DNA from: a virus
Taxonomy: Duplodnaviria > Caudoviricetes
Virus record (IMG/VR): IMGVR_UViG_3300029798_000001
Direction: 5' to 3' (one strand)
Length of the DNA: 64,000 bases
The number at the start of each line of letters is the position of its first letter. Position 1 is the first letter of the stretch. The notes below the pieces were generated by a model. The model did no database searches and was not told the origin of the DNA. It was given only the letters and a program-made list of their open reading frames with translations. The position numbers were made by a program, and so were the translations under genes. This document shows positions 1 through 8,703 of this stretch, one piece after another.

Positions 1-3000
1 TTAGATCACCAAGTTGATACTACTCCATTCGCCGGTGGTACTAAAAACAATCAATGGGGTCCAAAAAATATGCCAGGTGGCAGATTTACAGTACAAGATG
101 TTGACCCTTACGACATCGGAGTTCATGAAGCTGTTGAACCCGGTGAAGAAATCTCAACAAATGAATTACTATACCGTGCGGCTGTTGAGTATATGCAACA
201 CATGGGCCGCGAAGGTCAGCCAGTTGACTACGAAACAGCCGTTAAGTTGGCAGCCAAACATTACCATATTCCTTACCGCCCAGGTATGGTTCCAGAATTA
301 CATGCCAAGCGTCAAGAACTAGATGCTAAACTTGATGCGGCTATTAGAGCTCGTCAAGCCGAGCGTGGTGCCCGTAAACAACGACAACTGGCTCGCACAG
401 CGCCAACTACCCCAGAACAGGAAAAGAAAATGCAAGACTATTGGTCCAAGAATGCGCCACAGGCTACAAGAGTAAAAGCACCAACACGAAGTTTAGAAGA
501 AAATCAACAGTTACATGTCGGTGATCCTATTGTTGTTACAGCACCCAACGAGTTTGAAGGTAAGACTGGTGAGATCTACGACTTTGCGCCAAGTGGCAAG
601 TTTGTTATTGTCAACTTGTACAATCACGGCAAACACAGTATGCACCTAAGTGATGTTGAATACAATCAATATGCCAACGACCAAGATGAGAAAGAATTTT
701 GGAATGGTGATAAAGAAGTTAATGAAAGCAATATGAGTGAGTTAGATGCAATGCGTCAAGATCTTGAATTAATGAATGATCGCCAATTTAAAGTTGCCTA
801 TGGTATAAGCAAGGTAGCATTTAGGCAAAAGTATCGTGCATTATTGAATCCAGCACCTCAACAAGATGTTCCGGTAGAAGAAGGATGGCAAGACTTCAAC
901 AAGGTAGAGCCATATGCTGTTTGTTTAGCTGGCAAGCCTGTTAAGAAGTTTGACTACTATGAAGAAGCTCGCCGCTTCCACGATAACTGGAAGAAGAAGT
1001 TGTACCGCGAAGGCAACAAAGAAAAAGCAGATAAGATTACCTTGATGCCCATCATGGACGAAGGTGATGATCAGAATGGTCAACCTAGGGCTGGATTACC
1101 TGCAAATTTTGCAAACAGAATAATGGCATTAGATTTTCCACAAAGAAAAATATTTAGAGATTATATAAATTCATTTAACAAAATTCGCCAGGCATCGGCC
1201 GATCTTAATAAGATGTTGGCTGGATTTCCTAAAGATATTATTGACGCTTATCAACAGTTAACTCCTGAGCAACAACAGTCAGTGTCAATGGTGTTAGAAC
1301 CTGGTTGGGAAGAAGAAAACCAACTGGTACAAAAATATAAAAATGGAGTTGTAAAAAAACAAGGCGTGACAGAAGCTGGTAGCCCAGCACAACAGGCTGC
1401 CATCGCCATTGCTATGAAGCGGGCTGGTAAGAAACCTAAGCAAGCAGATGAGGGACAATTTAGCGTCACTGATGATCCATCTGCACATATTAAAGTATTA
1501 TTTCTTAAAACAATAAACGGAAATGAATATCGTTTGGTAAAACAAGGCGGTGTGTATAAGATTTATGTAAACAGAAGTAAGAAAACCAAACAAGAATTTC
1601 CATCTTTTGACCTTGCTAAAAAAGCATTACAACAATTATTATTAAATGCAGTGAATACAGATGAAGCGTATACACCAAGTCCAGCTAAACCGTTTCGCAA
1701 TCCTAGAGGCTTTAATAAACAAGGCACAGGTGTAGGCAATAAATTAGCACAACAAACTCGTGCTGAGTTAGCAAACATACAACCAAGGAAAGGTACACCG
1801 GTTCCAGCCAAAGAATTTGCTCAAGGTGTTTTGAAAGATTTAAAGAAGGTGAATGTAAAAGAAGCAGAAGGTAGTTGGATTGTGTATGATCCCGAAACCA
1901 AACAGATCAAGAAGCGTTTTAAAACACACACCGCAGGCAAGAGCTATGCTCAAACTCACGGCCTAGGATTTGCCAGTAGTGAATACTACTTTGACCGTGT
2001 TAAAGAACCGGTTAATGAACTTGATGTTAATACCTTAAAGAGTTATGCAGACAAGCGTGGAGCACAAGTGGCCGCAATGAAGGCCGACAATCCTAATCCT
2101 CAAACAGGCAGTAAAGAATGGGTTCAACAAGCTGTTCCGGCACAACAAGTAGGTCTTGCAAATCGTAAGATTGCTCGTAAAGAACGCCAGCAAGGTGTGG
2201 CGGAGGACTGGATTGATGACGATGCCGCAGAGCCATTGGCCAAATACTTTGCTGACTTATACTATGGCGATTTTAGTGCTACTATGAAAGTTAAACTAAC
2301 CTCACACATTTATCAAGCTATTCAAAACGGTGAGTTGAGTATTGAACAACTTAAAGCTGACATTGATATGTTGGAAAAAGAAAAAGGCATTAAAGAGCAA
2401 GGTGTGGCGGAAGGCAAGGGTCTGGCTAAGAAGGTAAAGATTGTTAAAGGTCCAGATGCAGGCAAGACAGGTTGGATTAGAGAAGTTAAACATGGTGCTT
2501 TCAAAGGTGCTCCAAAAACTTATTATATTGATTTAGATGATGGTGGTCAGGCAAATAACTTACCGGCCACAGCATTACGATTAGTTAAAGAACAAGGCAT
2601 GGCGGAAGGCTATACTCCGGATACAAACTATTCTTATACTATTGTAGGCAACGGTGACGAATCTAAAGCGTATGATAGTAAAGAAGAAGCGCGAGATGCC
2701 ATGCGTAAACTTGGCGCTGGTTATAAGATTAAACGCAAGCCACGCACAAGTGCTCGTAGTGTTAAAAAACATTTTAGTAATCGCAATATGGAACTTGGTG
2801 AAACACACGAACCACAGAAGTTTATTGTTACTATCAATGGTAAAGCCACTAGCCCACTATACCCAGATATGGCAGATAAATTATACATAGCGGCCAAGCG
2901 GGCACAACCTAATGCTCGTGTTGAAAAGACTGTGGCACAAACTACGGAGCGTCAAAAAGGTATTGATCGTGTTAAAGCTGGCTACGGTGATGAAGATGCA

Positions 3001-3393
3001 TTAGAATTACATGAACAACTGCCATCAACACCGCCGGCTAATCGCAAAGAGTATTTAGATCAACGCGATAAGTTATTCCGTATGTTGGCAGTTGACACCA
3101 ACCCAGTTAATAAGCAGATTATTAAACAGGCATTAAAAGATTTAGACAATCGATATGGTTCTATAAAAAATCCAGTAAATGAAGAAAATAGCACCAGCAG
3201 TGAAGCTGTTGAAATAGCCCTAATTCGTCGTGTATTAGTAGCACATACTGATTTAATCATGGATTTTGGTCTTGACAAGGTTACACAAGCCATCGAGGAA
3301 GTTGCTTACAATGTTGGTGATGTGGATGAAATCGGCACCAGTGATGTTAGTGGCTGGATCCATCAAGTCAAACAAATACTCGGTGTTGAATGA
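1..3393 (+). CDS. Large modular protein (>=1107 aa, probably 5'-partial); putative head-packaged polyprotein with KOW/SH3-like modules
   Basis: Frame is open from base 1 through the ATG at 70. Recurrent [VILM]-x-E junctions (GVTEA, GVAED, GVAEG, GMAEG, VNEE, LHEQ). Two KOW-like segments (VGDPIVVT..GKTGEI; KVKIVKGPDAGKTGWI). Confidence 0.6.
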   Translation, partial: LDHQVDTTPFAGGTKNNQWGPKNMPGGRFTVQDVDPYDIGVHEAVEPGEEISTNELLYRAAVEYMQHMGREGQPVDYETAVKLAAKHYHIPYRPGMVPELHAKRQELDAKLDAAIRARQAERGARKQRQLARTAPTTPEQEKKMQDYWSKNAPQATRVKAPTRSLEENQQLHVGDPIVVTAPNEFEGKTGEIYDFAPSGKFVIVNLYNHGKHSMHLSDVEYNQYANDQDEKEFWNGDKEVNESNMSELDAMRQDLELMNDRQFKVAYGISKVAFRQKYRALLNPAPQQDVPVEEGWQDFNKVEPYAVCLAGKPVKKFDYYEEARRFHDNWKKKLYREGNKEKADKITLMPIMDEGDDQNGQPRAGLPANFANRIMALDFPQRKIFRDYINSFNKIRQASADLNKMLAGFPKDIIDAYQQLTPEQQQSVSMVLEPGWEEENQLVQKYKNGVVKKQGVTEAGSPAQQAAIAIAMKRAGKKPKQADEGQFSVTDDPSAHIKVLFLKTINGNEYRLVKQGGVYKIYVNRSKKTKQEFPSFDLAKKALQQLLLNAVNTDEAYTPSPAKPFRNPRGFNKQGTGVGNKLAQQTRAELANIQPRKGTPVPAKEFAQGVLKDLKKVNVKEAEGSWIVYDPETKQIKKRFKTHTAGKSYAQTHGLGFASSEYYFDRVKEPVNELDVNTLKSYADKRGAQVAAMKADNPNPQTGSKEWVQQAVPAQQVGLANRKIARKERQQGVAEDWIDDDAAEPLAKYFADLYYGDFSATMKVKLTSHIYQAIQNGELSIEQLKADIDMLEKEKGIKEQGVAEGKGLAKKVKIVKGPDAGKTGWIREVKHGAFKGAPKTYYIDLDDGGQANNLPATALRLVKEQGMAEGYTPDTNYSYTIVGNGDESKAYDSKEEARDAMRKLGAGYKIKRKPRTSARSVKKHFSNRNMELGETHEPQKFIVTINGKATSPLYPDMADKLYIAAKRAQPNARVEKTVAQTTERQKGIDRVKAGYGDEDALELHEQLPSTPPANRKEYLDQRDKLFRMLAVDTNPVNKQIIKQALKDLDNRYGSIKNPVNEENSTSSEAVEIALIRRVLVAHTDLIMDFGLDKVTQAIEEVAYNVGDVDEIGTSDVSGWIHQVKQILGVE

Positions 3394-4031
3394 GATTTGG
3401 TGAATTTAAACGAGCCAGCCAAGAACACCTTGACGAAATTCTAGTTCGTTTATGTGCTATGGTGGTTGACGGTCAGAAGAAAGACCCTGACCATTATGGC
3501 ATGGTTGCTGCTGCGGTATTAGATCCTGATAATAATTGTGTTGCGGCTACTAGTTATAATGAAGATGGCAAGTGGGTGCATGCCGAGAGGGCGGCAATAG
3601 ATGCATATCATAGTCGTGGTGGCCGTATTCCAGCCGGCAGTATTATTATTACAACCTGTAGTCCATGTAGTGAAAAAATGGATGACCGCTACAGTGAAAG
3701 TTGCACAGACTTAATTAATGATACAGGTGTAGACTTAGTCTATGCTGGCTATGAAGATCCCACCCAACATGCAGAGCAGGCCAAGTTCAAGGTTGAAGTG
3801 TCCGACAATCCAAAGATACACGAACTATGCCATGTATTTGCATCAACCTTTATGGACAAAGAAGCGGCACAGTTAGATGAACTCAGCTTCTTAGGATCGC
3901 CATGCACCAAAGACTGTTCGGGTCATCGTGCTGGCTATGCCTGGAGCCAAAGCAAAGGTGGGCGTGTTGCCCAAAGTCCTTTTAGTCCTAGTTTCAATAA
4001 TGGTAGCCAACTTCAAGTGGATGGTAAGTAG
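3390..4031 (+). CDS. Zn-dependent cytidine/deoxycytidylate-type deaminase with an N-terminal capsid-targeting-like peptide
   Basis: HAERAAI and TTCSPC...C motifs; ATGA overlap with the upstream gene; N-terminus MRFGEF...LDE. Confidence 0.7.
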   Translation: MRFGEFKRASQEHLDEILVRLCAMVVDGQKKDPDHYGMVAAAVLDPDNNCVAATSYNEDGKWVHAERAAIDAYHSRGGRIPAGSIIITTCSPCSEKMDDRYSESCTDLINDTGVDLVYAGYEDPTQHAEQAKFKVEVSDNPKIHELCHVFASTFMDKEAAQLDELSFLGSPCTKDCSGHRAGYAWSQSKGGRVAQSPFSPSFNNGSQLQVDGK

Positions 4032-4035
4032 AGTT

Positions 4036-4110
4036 ATGAACGAATACCCAGTATACCCAGAACAACAAGGTGAGGAGGATCGACCAGTCCTTCCTTACTC
4101 ACCTGTTTAA
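4036..4110 (+). CDS. 24-aa micro-ORF MNEYPVYPEQQGEEDRPVLPYSPV
   Basis: ATG at 4036, 4 nt downstream of the deaminase stop; immediately precedes a structured element. Confidence 0.35.
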   Translation: MNEYPVYPEQQGEEDRPVLPYSPV

Positions 4111-4115
4111 AGAAT

Positions 4116-4190
4116 AGCCTTAGGACCGCACTAGTTGCGAGGCTGGGTGGTTACTACCCTGGGTCATCCGATTCGCTACCGGAATCCCAA
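4116..4190 (+). ncRNA. Candidate structured RNA (multi-hairpin intergenic element)
   Basis: AGCCT/AGGCT stem enclosing CGCA-CTAGT-TGCG; GGGTGG-TTA-CTACCC hairpin; TGGG..TCCG-ATTCGCTAC-CGGA..CCCA hairpin. Confidence 0.4.
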
Positions 4191-4213
4191 AAAGTAACTT
4201 TACTAAAATATCA

Positions 4214-4241
4214 TTGACTTTCTAAAATAATACTGTATAAT
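4214..4241 (+). promoter_or_regulatory. Sigma70-like early promoter
   Basis: TTGACT-16 nt-TATAAT with TG extension; AGGAG RBS downstream. Confidence 0.7.
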
Positions 4242-4266
4242 AGTAAGACTTACTTAGGAGATTTAT

Positions 4267-4527
4267 ATGTCAGACCGTATTTTTACAGCAGAAGAGACCA
4301 AAAAACTTAATCAAATCATAAATGAGGGAATTCAAGTCACAATGGAAATCGAAACTCTTCAAGGTGGATTAACTGATACCGTAAAAGCAATTTCGGAAGA
4401 ACTCAACATTAAACCATCTATCCTCAAAAAAGCAATCCGCCTGGCACATAAATCAGAATTTGGCCGTGAGCAGGATGATCACAGTTTGCTCGAGCAAATA
4501 CTTACACAAGTAGGTAAGACACTATAA
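4267..4527 (+). CDS. Small DNA-binding protein (T4 DsbA/GapR-like)
   Basis: 86 aa, helical; pattern E.IETLQ..L.D.VKA..EEL.IKPSILKKAIRLAHK; position next to the polymerase. Confidence 0.5.
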   Translation: MSDRIFTAEETKKLNQIINEGIQVTMEIETLQGGLTDTVKAISEELNIKPSILKKAIRLAHKSEFGREQDDHSLLEQILTQVGKTL

Positions 4528-4605
4528 ATATTGTTTTACAACAGCGAGTCGCTCACGTTACGAACATGAATCAAGGTCAGTGGGCCATAAGCCACAAGGA
4601 GAAGA

Positions 4606-6756
4606 ATGAGTTTTGTAGATGCACTTTTTGATCGTGAACACGATCGTATCCATGTAGTTGAGCGCCGAGACGGTGAGCGGGTATACAAAGAATACCCTGC
4701 AAATTTTGTATTCTATTATGAAGACCCTCGTGGCAAGTTTCAAAGTATATTTGGCACACCGGTAAGTCGTTTTAGCTCACGTAACAATAAAGAATTCCGC
4801 AAAGAACTTAGGATACAATCAGGCAAGAAATTATTTGAATCTGATATCAATCCTGTATTTCGGTGCCTTGAAGAAAACTACAAAGGGCAAGACGGTCCAA
4901 AACTTAATGTAGCGTTCTTTGACATTGAGGTGGACTTTGATCCTGAGCGCGGATTTAGCCGCCCAGAGGATCCATTTAATGCTATCACTGCCATTTCAGT
5001 TTACCTACAGTGGTTAGAGCAAATGGTCACCTTGGTAATTCCACCTAAGCATATGAGCAAAGAAACAGCTCAAGAAATTGCCAACGAGTTTGAAAACACA
5101 ATCATATTCACTGAAGAAGGAGAACTGTTAAAAACATTCCTAGACTTAATCGAAGATGCAGATGCATTGTCGGGTTGGAACTCAGAAGGATTTGATATAC
5201 CGTACACTGTCAACCGTGTAACTCGTATACTAAGTAAAGATGATACCCGCAGGTTTTGCTTATGGAATCAATATCCCAAGAAGCGTACATTTGAACGCTT
5301 TGGTGCAGAAAACGAAACTTACGATTTGATTGGTCGTGTACATATGGATTATATGCAATTGTATCGAAAATATACATATGAAGAACGCCATAGTTACAGT
5401 TTAGATGCCATTGCTGAATATGAACTACAAGAAACTAAAACAGTGTTCGAAGGCACACTGGATCAATTATACAATCAAAACTTTAAAACATTTATTGAGT
5501 ATAATCGACAAGATACAATGATTCTTGCCAAGTTAGATAAGAAACTAAAATTTTTAGATCTAGCCAACACCTTGGCACATGAAAATACTGTGCTATTGCA
5601 AACTACTATGGGTGCCGTGGCTGTGACAGAACAGGCCATTATCAATGAGGCACACGAGCGTAGTATGGTTGTTCCTAATCGTAAGGAACGCTATTCGGAT
5701 GAAGATACACAAGCGGCCGGTGCCTATGTTGCTTATCCACGCAAGGGTATACATGAGTATGTAGGATCAATTGATATTAACTCACTATATCCAAGTGCTA
5801 TTCGTGCGCTTAATATGGGTCCAGAAACTATTGTGGGGCAACTCCGTCCTACAATGACCGATCGTTATATTGCCGATAAGATGCGTAGTGGAAGTAGTTT
5901 TGCCGCAGCGTGGGAAGGCCTGTTTGGATCATTAGAATATGAAGCTGTAATGGCCAGTGAGCGCGGCACAGAGATTACAGTAGATTGGCAAGGTGGTGAA
6001 GATTCTGTACACAGTGCGGCAGAAGTTTGGAAGATGATTTTTGATTCTAACCAACCATGGATGCTTAGTGCCAACGGTACAATCTTTACCTATGAAAAAG
6101 AAGCAATTATTCCGGGATTGTTAAAACGCTGGTACGCCGAGCGGAAAGAAATGCAGTCCAAACTTAAAGAATGTAAAAATGCAGAAGACGAAGAATATTG
6201 GGATAAACGACAACTCGTTAAAAAGATTAACCTTAACAGTCTCTATGGTGCTATCCTTAACCCTGGTTGCCGCTTTTTTGATAAGCGCATTGGACAATCT
6301 ACCACACTAACCGGTCGTGCTATCGCCAAGCACATGGACGCCTATGTAAATGAATGTATCACTGGCAAGTATGACCATGTAGGCGAATCAATTATTTACG
6401 GTGACAGTGTAACCGGCAATACTCTTATTAAGACTGATTCTGGAGAAATAGCTATTGAAGAATTATTTAGACAGACTCCTGAACATTGTATTATTGGTGA
6501 CAAGGAATATGCTACTGGAGCATTGGCCAAAGTTGTGGGATTTAATGCGTATGAAGATTCTCCTATAATGAGCAATATATCGTACGTAATGCGACACAAA
6601 ACAAAAAAGAAACTGTACAAAATTACGCTAGAAAATAATAAGTCAGTCACTGTAACCGAAGATCATAGTATAATGGTAGATCGTGACGGATTCCTAATGG
6701 AAGTAAAACCCAATGACATCTTGGGTAAAGATTTAATTATCAGTCTGAATACATAA
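4606..6756 (+). CDS. polB: Family B DNA polymerase, N-terminal part (3'-5' exonuclease + palm) fused to split intein IntN
   Basis: ExoI FDIEV, ExoII GWNSEGFD, ExoIII YNRQD; region II SIDINSLYPS; region III KKINLNSLYG; ends YGD then SVTG (intein). Confidence 0.95.
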   Translation: MSFVDALFDREHDRIHVVERRDGERVYKEYPANFVFYYEDPRGKFQSIFGTPVSRFSSRNNKEFRKELRIQSGKKLFESDINPVFRCLEENYKGQDGPKLNVAFFDIEVDFDPERGFSRPEDPFNAITAISVYLQWLEQMVTLVIPPKHMSKETAQEIANEFENTIIFTEEGELLKTFLDLIEDADALSGWNSEGFDIPYTVNRVTRILSKDDTRRFCLWNQYPKKRTFERFGAENETYDLIGRVHMDYMQLYRKYTYEERHSYSLDAIAEYELQETKTVFEGTLDQLYNQNFKTFIEYNRQDTMILAKLDKKLKFLDLANTLAHENTVLLQTTMGAVAVTEQAIINEAHERSMVVPNRKERYSDEDTQAAGAYVAYPRKGIHEYVGSIDINSLYPSAIRALNMGPETIVGQLRPTMTDRYIADKMRSGSSFAAAWEGLFGSLEYEAVMASERGTEITVDWQGGEDSVHSAAEVWKMIFDSNQPWMLSANGTIFTYEKEAIIPGLLKRWYAERKEMQSKLKECKNAEDEEYWDKRQLVKKINLNSLYGAILNPGCRFFDKRIGQSTTLTGRAIAKHMDAYVNECITGKYDHVGESIIYGDSVTGNTLIKTDSGEIAIEELFRQTPEHCIIGDKEYATGALAKVVGFNAYEDSPIMSNISYVMRHKTKKKLYKITLENNKSVTVTEDHSIMVDRDGFLMEVKPNDILGKDLIISLNT
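6406..6756 (+). mobile_element. Split intein, N-fragment (116 aa, Ser1)
   Basis: Block A SVTGNTLI directly after YGD; block B VTVTEDHS; ends at a TAA stop. Confidence 0.9.
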
Positions 6757-6760
6757 ATAC
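6751..6760 (+). promoter_or_regulatory. T4-like late promoter for the endonuclease, overlapping the IntN stop codon
   Basis: ACATAAATAC; the TAA at 6754-6756 is part of ATAAATA; AGGAG RBS follows. Confidence 0.55.
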
Positions 6761-6783
6761 TATGAAGATAGGAGTATCATCAT

Positions 6784-7743
6784 ATGCCAACATGTTTAGA
6801 GTGCGGGTATTCAGCCCCAAGATTACAGTGGACACACTTCAAATACAAATGTACCGGAAAATTCAAAAACGGTAATGAGTATATGTCCGCACACCCCGGT
6901 AGTGAGATAATAGATCCAGAATTAAAGAAAAAATACGGGTTTACACTTGACTCGGCTGTCAAAAAGTATGGTGCTGTGGAAGGTCAAAAACGATGGAATG
7001 AGTATTGTGATGCGCAGGCAACCACTAATACTTTTGAATACAAACATGAAAAATACGGTTGGACCCGTGAACAGTTTGACGAGTACAATTCATCAAGAGC
7101 AGTAACCATTGCAAACATGATCAAACGACATGGTGAAGAAATTGGAGTTGCTAAATGGCAAGAATATTGCGAACGACAAGGATATACCAATACCAAAGAA
7201 TATTTTATTGAAAAGTACGGTGCAATCATTGGCGTTAAAAAATATATTGAGGTTAACAAGAAAAAGAAAAACCCACACGACCCGGTGAGTATTTCTGAAA
7301 AATTAGGAATTACCTTGGACGAGGCGGTAGACATTATCTTGTCGAGAGAAAATTCTGGAAGAAGATATATTAGTAATCTTGAAGAAGAATTTACAAACAT
7401 GCTTGAAGATAAAGTAGGACCACTTGACTATACCTCAGCTAAACGACCATTTGGCAAATGGTCTCATTTATTGAATACCTATGTTGTATATGATATAAAA
7501 CACGGCAATTGCATTATTGAATTCAATGGTGATTACTGGCATGCTAATCCCAACATTTATGCTGGCACCGCTACAATAAGAGGTGTCCCGGCGGTTGATA
7601 TATGGCGCCAGAATGTGTTAAAATTACAAACAGCACAGGATTTGGAATTCAAAACCCTAGTGGTTTGGGAAACAGAATTTCGAAATGATAAAGTTGGAAC
7701 AATTAATAAGGTAGCAGAATGGATATTACAAGAACAACCGTAA
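6784..7743 (+). mobile_element. Free-standing Vsr-like (PD-(D/E)xK) homing endonuclease between the split polymerase halves
   Basis: C-terminal YDIK..IIEFNGDYWHANP...VVWE; N-terminal CxxC..H..C; internal repeats K[YH]G...G..[KR]W.EYC..Q..TNT.EY..EKYG. Confidence 0.8.
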
Positions 7744-8702
7744 AAAGTATTGATTGTCTCGGTGAGGTGGATGACTATGTGTATGATCTCAGTATAGAAG
7801 ATCAAGATCCTTATTTTTTTGCCAATGACATATTGGTGCATAATACCGACTCGTGTTATTTCACTGCATACCCTGTGTTGCAAAAAGAAATCGAAGCTGG
7901 TACAATGTCTTGGTCGAAAGAAATTGCGGTACAATTATATAACTCTATTGCCGACCAAGTTAATGATAGCTTTCCAGGATTTATGGAACAAGCATTTCAT
8001 GTACCTAGAGAAATGGGCGAAGTGATCAAAGGTGGGCGAGAGATTGTCGCAAGTAAAGGGCTGTTTATTACCAAGAAGCGGTATGCTGTATTGTATTATG
8101 ATAAAGAAAATAAGCGTGTAGATACCCACGGTAGTCCTGGTAAAGTAAAAGCCATGGGCCTTGATTTAAAAAGATCAGATACTCCCAAGGTTATTCAAGA
8201 ATTTTTAAGCGAGATTCTCGACGAGGTACTCACAGGCTCCACCAGAGATCAGGTTATTGAAAAGATCCGCGAATTTAAGTATATTTTTAAAGAGAGGCCG
8301 GGTTGGGAGAAGGGTAGTCCTAAGCGTGTAAACAACTTAACCAAATATGGTAAGGAAGAAGAAAGATTAGGCAAAGCCAATATGCCAGGACATGTCCGTG
8401 CTGCACTTAATTGGAATAATCTTCGCAGGATGAATGGCGACAAATATAGTTTACAGATTGTTGATGGCATGAAAACAATTGTATGTAAACTAAAATCTAA
8501 TCCACTTGGCTGGACTAGCATTGGTTACCCTACTGACGAAACACATTTGCCACAATGGTTTAAAGAGTTGCCGTTTGATGACACCGAAATGGAAGCCACT
8601 GTAGTTGATCAAAAGCTAGACAATTTATTAAGTGTATTAGAATGGGACTTGGCCAGTGCTACTAACACTAAAAATATTTTTCAAACATTGTTCGAGTGGT
8701 AA
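7719..8702 (+). CDS. polB: Split intein IntC (42 aa) fused to the DNA polymerase B C-terminal part
   Basis: YVYDLSIE (block F); ILVHN then TDSCYF (block G, Thr+1) restores YGDTDS; TKKRYA and KAMGLDLKRSD motifs. Confidence 0.93.
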   Translation: MDITRTTVKSIDCLGEVDDYVYDLSIEDQDPYFFANDILVHNTDSCYFTAYPVLQKEIEAGTMSWSKEIAVQLYNSIADQVNDSFPGFMEQAFHVPREMGEVIKGGREIVASKGLFITKKRYAVLYYDKENKRVDTHGSPGKVKAMGLDLKRSDTPKVIQEFLSEILDEVLTGSTRDQVIEKIREFKYIFKERPGWEKGSPKRVNNLTKYGKEEERLGKANMPGHVRAALNWNNLRRMNGDKYSLQIVDGMKTIVCKLKSNPLGWTSIGYPTDETHLPQWFKELPFDDTEMEATVVDQKLDNLLSVLEWDLASATNTKNIFQTLFEW

Positions 8703-8703
8703 T

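Noticed and set aside
6757-7718. Group I intron interrupting the polymerase
   Set aside because: Both flanks carry complete intein blocks and the downstream half has its own start; no intron core was recognised.
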